Of a stretch of DNA of 64,000 nt, positions 36,308 through 47,389 are shown piece by piece. Source of the DNA: Isurus oxyrinchus (taxonomy: Eukaryota); assembly GCA_026770705.1 (NCBI GenBank), contig JANJGN010000021.1:48608001-48672000 (forward strand), written 5' to 3'. Made by a program: the position numbers and the translations under genes. Below the pieces are notes generated by a model. It did not search any database. It was not told the DNA's origin and saw only the letters and a list, made by a program, of their open reading frames with translations. Every line of letters starts with the position of its first letter. Position 1 is the first letter of the stretch.

Positions 36308-39175
36308 AGGTGGAATCATTCCAGGTTTGCACTGAGTGCAGTAGCGGGCATGAAAAACAATGTTTTACCTATTGGCTGCCATGGCAGATTTTAGTGCCAT
36401 ATCGTCCCCTTCCCAGCATGTCCTGCCTCATTAATAATGCATTCACAGGAAGCACACCGGATCGCTAACAGGCGGGCTCGGATTTGCCCACCGCACCGTG
36501 ACCTCAAAGCTTCCTCGGCGCGAGCGCCATATTTAAAGTGCACCGGAGCACAGCCTACTTCATATCTACAGACCAGGACTGCTTGAGGTGTCAGATGACC
36601 CCGAAAGCAAAGGAAATGGCAGCCTTCAAATTTAATGATGCCTCTCTGGGCCACCTGCTGGATGCAGTGGGAGGCCGCCGCAAAATCCTCTATCCCTGTT
36701 CTGGCCACAGGAGGTCCACCAGAGTCACGAATCCGGTCTGGAAGCAGTGGCACTGGTGGCCAGTGCCACCGGATCACAGAGGAGATCAGCCATCCAGTGC
36801 AGGATGCTCTCATCCATTCCACCAGGGCAAGTCAACCACCTCATCACTCTCAACATACACTCCCAAACCCATCACACATTCAAAGGGATCCCACGCCTCA
36901 AGGTAAAACCCCACTAACTTTCACACACACCCTTACATTTCCATCAGGCTCATATCCTCACCCCATCCATAGCTCTGTTCACCACACAAACATTCCAAAC
37001 AGCGCCATGCGTCCAGCTCACATTCTTTCCATCTGTTTTCATGCAGGATAGGCTGGCTCACAACAAGAGGGAGAGGTACTAGATGAGAGGTGGAGTGGCC
37101 GACATTAGGCCCCTCACTCACCTTGAGGAGTGTGTCATCGCACTAACTGGTGATGATGTGGACCGTGCCTGTGACAACGGTGAGGTCAATGGTGAACACT
37201 CTCGCTAGAATCCTGCACCACATCATCCCTCCCTCAGCGCAACTGTGAATGCTCCCCCTCCTGCTTTTAACTCTTCTGCTATGCATCAGTCATCTCTACT
37301 CTGGTTCACAGGGAGCTCTGCCATGGGACCGACATCCTCAGCCAGCCATTCTCTCAGCTCCACCCAGCTCCTGACCTCCAGCCAAAAGGACACCTCCTCC
37401 ACTGAAGAGCTGGAAATGAACAGCCTGGAAGACCCGACACAGCGCTTACCCACACCCTCCACTAGCGTAGAGACACATGCCTCAGTGGGATCTAGATCTA
37501 GAGCAGGCTTGGCTTCACAATCTGGTGGCCACTGCACAGACACGTGCCCGCAGCAGGAGGAGGCAGGTTCAGCCAAGCTCCTGGCAGTTGGAGGTCTGTG
37601 GGGAAGAGGCATCTGTGAGGTCCGAGTCAGATGACGAGCCTCTGGATTCAGCCTTGCAACTCATTGTGGAGAGTCAGCAGAAGGCAGGGGAACATCAAAC
37701 AGAGCTGTTGGAAGCCCTCAACAGAGCAGCACATGAGTTGGAGGAGTGTGTCTGCCTGCTCTCTGATGAAGTGGTGCCCACATGTGGCACATATGGAGGT
37801 CTCCATGGGAAGGATGGCTGGCACCGTGGTCTCTCTGGTCCAGCAGAATGCGGAGATGTGCACAGACCTGCGCTCCATCATGGGAGCCATGGGTGAGTTC
37901 CTGCAGTGGCGACGCGAGAGGGAAATGGGGCACCTCAACATCTCTCCAGGTGTTCCTTCCCCTCAGGGGTCAGGCTGGGACCCTCAGCCACCTCAAGGGA
38001 GGAGGAGTCGCAGCTGGACATCCCTGGATCATCAACTCAGGAATCCCACTCCCTCTGAGTCCCCTTTCCTTGTGACCCCCCTCAATCTCATCCTCTGTCA
38101 CCCCAGAGGGAGCAGCCCACAGGAGGACAGCCAAAGCAAGCCGGGGCCCTCAAGGCCTCAGCTTTCCAGCGGACACATGCTGAAGTCATCAGAGGCAACA
38201 GGGCCAACCATTGACAGGCAGTTTCCATCCCTGCTGCAGATGTCAGGGCAGCACCTAGAAGAAGTGGTAGGCCTAGAAAAGTTAAGAAATTCTGATCACA
38301 TGTGGTTGCATGGGTGAACACATTTCGTCACTTTCACTAAATAATGTGTAATGTTGTCTTTCAGCTTCATTGACAGTCTTCATGATTCCTCCCCCGTATC
38401 TCTCCACAACTTGCAGTTCAGCTGCATTCTGCTGGACCACAAGTAATTCTGAAGGGAGAAGTGTGTGTGCAGCAGAGCCTTGTGCAAACACTTCCCCATG
38501 TACACGGAGCCTTCAGCCATCACACTCATCTCATTGCCCCCAGTATTTTCAGTGTTGCCTCCTGGGGTTCTCTTTCAGTTGTCCATCTGAGCTGACCTAC
38601 ATCTCCGCCCACCCACTGACTGCATTCCCATGCAGCACCTGTGCCCATCCAAGACGAGATCCACTCACCATGGCAAAGCCCGTGAAGCTCCAAAGTCTCA
38701 GCGAAGTCGAAGTTGCTGCATAGAGACTTCCCACCTTCCAAGAGCTGCTTCGTGGCAGAACAACGTGCATGAAGATCCACCCAGCATGTAATGCACATGT
38801 TTCTCCAGGGTCCGGTAGCCGTAGGGCTCCAGCTTCTTTTTCTCCTCGGAAGTGCGTAATCTAAGAAAGGCCCTAAAGGTGAGTATTGACTTCTGCATGT
38901 CACGTTTGTCCAGATGTGTTCTGGGCTAGCGTAATGGTAAATCGAGCATGGGAGCACAATTCCGGTCGGGCCTTACTTTGCATCCCTTTAGCGGGATACA
39001 AATCGGGTTCAAGCCAGCCACTAGTGGGATTCGTGATCTGCCATGGCGGACACCATCGGATCATCCTGCTGTGATTTCATGTTAGCGTGAAACCAACCTC
39101 TGCCCCTCCTGTCAAATTCTCCACTCCCCTGCCCGCCATGATGCCCACTGCCAACAGGAGCAGAAAATTCTGGCC
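36308..39175 (+). mobile_element. PIF/Harbinger element carrying a Myb/SANT gene but no recognisable transposase
   Basis: Right TIR gaaaattctggcc, degraded left end aggtggaatc, TTT on both flanks; contains the Myb-like pseudogene. Confidence 0.7.
36595..38295 (+). pseudogene. Harbinger Myb/SANT-like DNA-binding protein (NAIF1/MSANTD-like), multi-exon, disrupted
   Basis: Exon 1 (36595-36826) MTPKAKEMAAFKFNDASLGHLLDAVGGRRKILYP...VW. Exon 2 from 37047 (ttttcatgcag|) DRLAHNKRER*MRGGVADIRPLTHLEE. Exon 3 from 37312 ends RRSGRPRKVKKF*. Frameshifts and stops are present. Confidence 0.75.
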
Positions 39176-39309
39176 TTTCTTTCTCTTTCTGTACCTGGTC
39201 GGACATTGATTTCACATTCTAATGCAGCTGGTTGCTAAACCCATTCACTGGTTATTTCCAGGACTTAAATCTCAGTGTTTGATGAGTTATATCACTGATT
39301 GCCCTGTTC

Positions 39310-41300
39310 ATTCAGTTTCCAGATGCCCTATTTCCATTGCTGATATATCCCTTGCTCTGAAACTGTGCCCTCTAGTTCTGGATTCCTCCACAAGGGGATA
39401 CATTCCAGCAGCATCAACCTCCCTCAGAATCTTATATATGTATACAATGAGATAACCTCTCACTCTTCTAAACCCCAATGAATATAGAGAAAACCTGCTC
39501 AACCTTTCTTCATAAGACAACTCCTTCATCCCAGGTTCAATTTAGTGAACCGTCTCTAAACTGCTCCCAATGCAAGTATATCCATCCTTAAATAAGAACA
39601 TCAAAGCTATATATTACCCTAACACCATGAGCTCTAATCTTTTGTTGTAACCTTTTAATGTGGTACCTTATTGAATGACTTTGGGAAATTCAAATAGACT
39701 ACATCTATTGGTTACCCTTTATCCACACTGCGTGTTATATGCCCAAAGAATTCTGCTTGAATGTATTGATTCAAAAAACTCTAATAAGTTTGTCAAACAT
39801 GATTTCCTTATCATAAAACCATGTTGACTCCACTTAATTATAGTGGTTTTCTAAATATTCTGCTACTTCCTTAAGTCTGGGCTTCCTTAATAATGGATCC
39901 CAGAATTTTCCCAATGTTAAATGTTAGGATAATTGGCTTTTAATTTCCAGATTCCCTCCTCCCTCCTCCCTTGAATAGCAACATTACATTTGCAGTTTTC
40001 CAGAATCTAGGAAATTTTGGAAGAATAAAACAAATGCGTCCATTATCTCTCAGTCACTTCTTTTAAGGTTCTAGTATCTTTTAAAGAGCCAGTGTTTATT
40101 TTAGCGATTCTCTTCCTTTTTATATACTTATAGGCAATCTTGCTGTCTGTTTTATATTTCTTGCTACTTGAATCTCATAATCTATTTTCTCTTTTTTAGT
40201 CATACTTTGCTGGTCTCTAAAATTTTCCCAATCTTCCGGCCTACCACTAATCTTCGCTACATTGTATGCCATTTCTTTGAACTTGAGACTATTTTAACTT
40301 GCTTCGTTAACAACAAGTGGTTCATCCTTTTTGTGGAGTCTTTCTTTCTCAGTAGAATATTTCTTTGTTAAGAATTATGAAATATATAAGTAAATGTCTG
40401 CCATTGCTTCTCTACAGTCTTACCTAATAATCTATTTTCCCATTCCACTTTAGCCAACTCTTCATATCTTTGTAATTGCCTTTATTTAAATTTAAACCAA
40501 TAGTTTTAGACCGACATTTCTCACTCTCAAATTGAATGCGAGATTTAATCATGTTATGATTACTCTTGCCTAAAGGATCCTTTACTTTGAGTCATCAATT
40601 AATCCTGTCTCAAGTCTAATTTGGCCTGTTTCCTGGTTTGTTCCACAATGTTTTATTCTAAGAAACTGTCCTAATTACACTTGATGAATTTGTCTTCCAG
40701 GCTGCCTTTGCAATTTGATTTGTACAATTTATATGAAGATTAAAATTGCCCATGATTATTGCAGTACCTTCCTTCAAGGCCTCATTATTTCCAATTTATA
40801 CTCTGTCCCACTCTGTAGCTAGTGTTGGGGGCCTGTAGACTACTGCCACCAGTGATTTATTTCTGTAGTTATTTCTTATCTCCCCTCAAATCTATTCTAT
40901 ACCTTGATCCCCTGAACAAAGATCATTTCTCACTACTGTACTGATCTCATACTTGATAAACAGAGCTGCTTTGCTTCCTTTTCCTTTCTTCCTATCCTTC
41001 CAAAATGTCAAGTTCCCCTGAATATTCAGCTCCCACCCTTATTCACCCTGCAACCAGGCCTCTGTAATTGCTGTCAGAACATACTTGTTCATTTCTATTT
41101 GCACCATCAATTCATCCATATTGTTACGAATATTATGTACACTGAGATAAAGAGTTTTTAATATTGTATTTTTGCCATTTTTTCTACTATGGCCATATTT
41201 TCTGGTGATCTCTTAAGTTTTATGATCTGTTCCTTCCTTTGACATGATGATTATCTCTACCTTGCCTTAACTTTCTCTTTAACCTTCTAAATTTCCCCTC
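39310..41300 (-). mobile_element. older CR1 LINE, endonuclease to 3' end with internal deletions
   Basis: MKELSYEERLSRFSLYSLGFRRVRG at the 3' end; WELNIQG..KDRKKGK, VVYRPP and IIMGNFN endonuclease motifs at 40700-41040. Confidence 0.85.
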
Positions 41301-41697
41301 ACCTGAACTCCCCCCCCTCTCCCACCACCACTCATTAACTTCAATATCATAGCAGTTTTCTGAAACAGGCAAGTTGGGATCAAAGAGGGCGCTAAGTGGT
41401 GCTGTAAGCCATCTCACCTATTACCCTTGGACCAGACTTGAACTCAACCCAAACTAATAGAATAAAAGTCCCCTTTCTGTGTTGGTGGTAGGGGTTGGCA
41501 TGGAAATCCATTGGCAACAAGCAACGATTAAAAATGCAGCTCTTCGTGTAGAACACACTTGTGAATTGGATTTCTTAATTGTTTCCTGAACAGTAGACAT
41601 TTTGATGGCTTTGTGATTCATTTCAAAGACATCAGCACATCAGGACCCAAACTATATCAACTGAAAAAGCAACATTATTCACCATCTTTTCATTATT

Positions 41698-42160
41698 TAG
41701 GACTGAGGTGAGAAGAAACTTCTTCATTCAGAGGGTGGTGAAACTCTGGAACTCTCTACCACAGAAGGCTGTGGAGGCCAAGTCACTGAATATAGTTAAG
41801 AAGGAAATAGACAGATTTCTGGACTCCAAAGGCATCAAGGGGTATGGGGAGATTGTGGGAATATGGTGTTGAGATAAAGGATCAGCCATGGAAAAAGTCA
41901 CTGGTGGCAGTAGTCTACAGGCCCCCTAACAGTAGCTACAAAGTAAGACAAAGTAGAAATTGGAAATAATGAGACTTTTAAGGAAAGTACTGCAATAATC
42001 ATGAGCAATTTTAATCTTCATATAGGTTGTACAAATCAAATTGCAAAAGCTGCCTGGAAGACAAGTTCATAGAGTATAAATGGGACAGTTTCTTATTGAA
42101 TGGGGGAGCAGGCTCGACGGGCCAAATGACCTACTCCTGTTCCTATTTTCTACGTTCCTA
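41698..42160 (+). mobile_element. CR1 3' end interrupted by a 200-bp inverted local copy
   Basis: RRNFFIQRVVKLWNSLPQKAVEAKSLN; the tail is split at cagccatg|...|tcttattgaatgg. Confidence 0.8.
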
Positions 42161-42429
42161 TTGTACATCACAATTTCATCCAACACCTTGGTTGAAGGCT
42201 TTCATCAGGATGTTGGACTATACATGTGCCAGTGATTCCCTGCACAGTTAGATCCCAATTTCAAATGTATTAAGTGGAGACTAGACATTTGCATAGAGGG
42301 GAGCAAAACAAAACCTGTCAGGCCAAAGGTTCCAGTGAGTGCTTGTATATTAATTAGCTCTTTCAGTGGTTCATTGAGGGTGCAATAACTTTGCTACCAG
42401 TAACAATTCCAACAGATCCTGTGAGGAAA

Positions 42430-42860
42430 AATTAAGGAGACTGGGCCCGTATTCTCTAGAGTCTATAAGAATGTGAGGTGATCTCATTAAGGTGCACAAA
42501 AATCCTAGAAGGCTCAAAGGGTAGATGAAGGAAGCATGTTTTCCCTAGTTGAGGGTGGGGTCTAGAAACAGAGAACACAATCTCAGGATAAGAAGTAGGC
42601 AATTCAGAACTGAAATGAGGAGGAATTTCTTCACTCCGAGAGTGGTGAACCTTCAGCATTCTCTACCCCAGAGGGCTGTGGAGGCTCAGTCATTGAGTAT
42701 GTTCAAAGTAGATGTTGATAGATTTCTAGATACCAACGACATTAAGGCATAGGGTAATAATGCAGGAAGATGTCATTGAGATGGAAGATCAGCCATGGCC
42801 TAATTAAATGGCGGAGCAGACTCAAGCGGCCAAATGGCCTACTCCTGCTCCTATGTCCCT
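42430..42860 (+). mobile_element. CR1 3' fragment
   Basis: SRNREHNLRIRSRQFRTEMRRNFFTPRVVNLQHSLPQRAVEAQSL plus tail. Confidence 0.85.
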
Positions 42861-45559
42861 AAGCTCGTAAGTTCTGTTCTGTGGCTAGAGATGGTAAAAA
42901 GTAAAGGAAACAGATCTGAAATATGACATAGTAAAGGCATGATTTTCCAAGAAAACTTAAGGTACTGAAGAGCCTCTGAGATGGCTAAGATAGAGACTTA
43001 AGCTGAAACAATGGTTTATCCCATGTTCAATGTAAGGTGTCATCTTTGTAAAAGAGTTGAAGCTTGTGTGAGGAATGATTGCTGCAAGAATTGTAATACA
43101 GGTGGCTGTCACTTTAAGCTGCCAGCTTCCACTCACTAAGGAGTTTGTATGAGACTTTGGCATCTAGCATTTGAACTAACACCCTCCCCTAATAGTGATT
43201 AGTTGAGTAACCTAGTCATTGCAGAGAATGTTGAGTTCTACTGAAATATATATCACCTTGTAATATTCACTAGCTGCTGGTGGACTTTTGAAACACATCA
43301 GAAAACTTTTTGGAATACTTTGTCAAAATTTTAGCAATTTGTCAAAACTTTAGCAAAACTCAATCAACATGTATTCTGTAAATTTCTCAAGACTTCACCT
43401 AAGAAGAGTGAGTCATGTGATCCTCCACCTTACTGGACATCTCATAGGAGTTACCAGGAGAAAGGGAGCGTTTGGTCATTGACATCATGTCCCCCTTGGA
43501 GGAATGGAAGGAGAAGAGACTGCCAGACAGAGCAGCACCTGACATGGCTGCAGGGGAGAGGAACCCACAGACCACCGCAACCATCCCCACCCCAACAGTT
43601 ACAGGACATGCCTTCTCTTCTAGGCCTCCTCCACCAGGACTTCCAGTGCTCCCTCTGAGAACCAGTGTAGCCTCTCACTCAGTCCCTGAACCATCCTTCA
43701 AGGCTGCCATGTGTCACTCCACACCTTCAGTGGCATTGAGTGAGTGGACTCTGAAATACTGTTCGACAAAATTTGTGTCTAATCAGCACTTGGATGTCAA
43801 ATCTCTGTCTCTGTTTTAGTACCTTCAGGCAAGTTCAAATTAGGTAAGCTAAAACCAGACTTTCAAGTAGACGCATCCTATGAACAGAACACCTACTTAT
43901 TGCACCAAAATAAGCGCCTTAAAATTTTACAAACAATCAAGCTGTGAATTGAGGCCTGGAATAAATGGAGGATGAGAGAAATACATTTACCAAGAGCTTT
44001 AGGTAAATAGGAGGTAGGCTGCGAATACAACTGGATTATATTAGGTGTATGATGGTAACGCAGCTTTGTAATATATGATATGTTTTCCCTGTAATTTGTT
44101 TAAAATTACAAAGACAGAATTGTTCCAATATGTGTTGAATGCAAGGTTGTTACACATACAAGGAATTACTTTCAAAAAGGACAAACCTGATGTAATTTAA
44201 ATTCAGATGTTAAATGTTCAGCTTCTATTAATTATTAAATCTTTGAATTGGAGTATAATTTTCTGTATTAATTCCTTCCAAAGAGATAACGTGCTTGGAA
44301 AGTCCAACCCTTTGTGCCACAGATTGGTAGTGTGCATGTTTGGGCTCAAGGTTGAATATACCAGTCCTCCACTTGGGGTCAGAATTTCAGGGAAAGTACG
44401 TTACAACAAAGACTCCACTTCAAGAAGCACTTTACTGGTTGTAACGTGTTTTGGGATAGCCTGAGGCTCTTAAAGGTGCTATATAAATGCAAGTCTTTCG
44501 ATAATGGAGGCTAGGCACTTCCTCACAGCAACAGGGAGATGGGGAGGTCATTCTGTACCACCCATACAATCTGCCAGCTGCTATTTACAAATTGGCACAC
44601 GTTTGCCCTCTCATTGCAGAATGTGGTACATGTGCATGAAACCCACTGGTAAGCAGTAATAGAATTGAGTTGGTCTGCAGATTGCCTGTGATTGCATACG
44701 GTCCATGGACAATAATTTGGACGCTCCTGATTTCAAATTAGTAGCGTATGGAGAAGCCACGGTCCTTGCTAGATTTTTGGCACCTTTCACCTTTTTCAAT
44801 GAGATATGTTGTTGGGGCCTCAATGTGAATTAAGGTAATCCCATTACAGGGCCCCTGTTCTCAATGTCCCAGTATTGACATTTGCCCAGATATCTTGGTA
44901 AATTTGATAGCACTCCCAAAATAATAAACAGTAACAGTAAAACTTTCTATAGATTACTACTGGCTCTATCCTGCAGCTCCAATGAATCCTCATTGTCTTT
45001 GAGAAACAGTTGAATGATATAGTATTGATCCTTGTTTTAATTTTTGTTGGCCAAATTTAATAAAATAGTAAATGAACAAGTGCATAAATAACAGTAATAT
45101 TATATCCTCACATCAGAAAAATAATAAAATTGTTCCTAAACTTTATACAAAACAATATATTATAATCAATGACCATGTGGATAGCTGGGCATTTATATTT
45201 TTGTCACTGACAGGAGTACTTGGCTCATGAATATCTTGAGAGTCTCAGTCAGAAACATTCTGAACAAGTGAAGAGGCCACTCACCTCTACCTCTACCATG
45301 CTGTGTTAACTCAGCACAGCTCTTCCTTGAGGCTTTTCCCTGCCCAGTTAATGCTTTGTAACTACAAAGTTGAAAAAAATAAATATTTTTTATTAAGAGC
45401 TTCCATCTCATTGAAGAGACTTCAGGTCAATCCATATTCAACAAGCTATGCTGAAAATTTTGCTCACATCATGACAAATTGCACCACAGCAGCTGAGGTA
45501 AAGCACAGCATTCTAAGTAAAACAAACCAGAACATTCCAAAAAAAGTCATACTTCCCTG

Positions 45560-45767
45560 TTTCCCAATGTTAATGGATGCTTTAAAAAAATTCCAGGACC
45601 TGGATCCTGATCTGCATCTTCGTCAAAAATGATTCAGTTCTTCCTCCGGCCATACCCTATCTGTAAGTCAAGTTTTAATAAAATCTGTCCATTAGTTTCT
45701 GAGATATATTATTTACAGACAGACTAGCAGGGGCAAAAACATTACCTCTGTTGACCTTCAATGTAAT
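45560..45767 (+). mobile_element. Helitron/Helentron-like non-autonomous element remnant
   Basis: aaaaaattccaggacctggatcctgatctgcatc...aaaatctgtccattagtttctgagatat...acagacagac...gcaaaaacattacctc resembles recalled fish and amphioxus non-autonomous rolling-circle elements. Confidence 0.4.
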
Positions 45768-46689
45768 GCATATCGCTAAGCCTATTGCCTGTAAAAGAGT
45801 CCCAGGTCAACTCAAAGACTTTGAAAGGAACAAACTGACAAAGTAGCCCTGAATCAGACACAATTTGTATTAATACAGATGATTGATAACCCCTTATGTA
45901 CCATCACTGAAATACAAACTAAAACTAAGCAAAACTGCTTCATTTTTTTGTTAGTCATGGCCAATCGCTCATGGTAAACCAATCATGGGAAAAGGCTGTG
46001 ATGTCCTAGCCAATCGTGAAGTAAGTCTCTGATGCCGCAACCAACTGCCATTGAAGGGCCTGCAATGTTACAATGGGCAGTTTTTGTCTTTCTCTCTCTT
46101 TCTCTCTCTCTCTCATCATGTTATATTCTTTGTTTTTGAACTAACAATATCATAATGGAACCTTTCAGACTCTACATGAGTTTGTGGACTAGCTGGTAGA
46201 CTGACTGATACAAGTAAACAGTAAACATTTGGCTGTCACATAAAATGGTACAACCACTAGTTAAAATTCACCAAAATGTGCATTTGACTCTTGCTGATAT
46301 TACTCTGACACCATTTAATATAACCAACAGACTTACTATGATGACTGATTACATAACTATGGTATTACACACATTCTTCACACACCCACGTATGCAGATG
46401 GGCAGCAGCCTGAACTACTGCTAGCTTTGAAGAGTCCTCAATTATCAGGAAATATATTAAAGTAATTGAAAGGAGGATTTGCAAACTCAATATGGTTTTC
46501 CAGACTTCACTATAGGTTTACAAATGACCAAAAAATGGGGTGACACTAAGTAATAAAATGGGATTAAATGTCTCACTTTCTTTTATCAACACTATGTTAT
46601 TAGTCATTAGTAATGGTATTTAATGACTTACTGGGAATATTTTGTTTCCAGCCAGATTGATTTTGGAGTTTATTGTGGAGATCTGATTA

Positions 46690-47384
46690 CATGATCCATG
46701 GGAAATTAAGGATACAGAATGGCGCAAAAAGAAGTCATTTGACCAATTGATTTTGCACTGGCTCATTCGAAGAGGAATCCAGTTGGTCTCATTTTTTGGC
46801 TTTTTCCCCATTTCCTTGCAATATTTTACCCTTCAAGTATTTATCCAATTCCTTTTCAAATATTACTACTGAATCTGCATGCAGTGCACTCTCTTGGGCC
46901 ATGCATTCTATATCCTAAACACTCATTGCATAACATTTTTCCTTATTGAGCCTTCTTTTAGCAATCACTTTAAATTTGTGTCCTCTGGTTATTGACCCTT
47001 GGAAGCAATGTAAATAAAAAGGAACTATCTGAACCCTTCAGGATTTTACTCACCTCTATAATCCTACCTGAGCTTTAATACAAAACCAAAATATTATAGA
47101 CGCTGAAAATCAGAAATAAAAATAGAATAAGATGGGAATACTTAGTAGATCAGGAAGCATCAGTGGAGAAGGAAACAGGGGTAATGTTTCATGTTGATGA
47201 GCTGACTAATGAAAGATCATCGACCTGAAATGCTAACTCTGTTACCCTCTCCACTGATGCTGCTTGTCTGGTGAATATTTCAAGAATTTTTTGTTTTTAG
47301 TCCTCTTAACTTTCTCTGCACTATGGAGAACAACCCCAGCTTCTTAGTCTATCCACAAAGCTGTAATCCTTCATCCCTGGAATG
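46690..47384 (-). mobile_element. old CR1 3' end interrupted by Penelope and Gypsy insertions
   Basis: CR1 tail and tttatccaattccttttcaaa...catgcattcta motifs, resuming at 47300. Confidence 0.55.
47088..47299. mobile_element. inverted dimer of the Penelope 3' end (older)
   Basis: Minus arm 47088-47200 and plus arm 47206-47299 join at the motif ctaatgaaagatcatcgacctgaaatgctaact. Confidence 0.7.
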
Positions 47385-47389
47385 CATAC

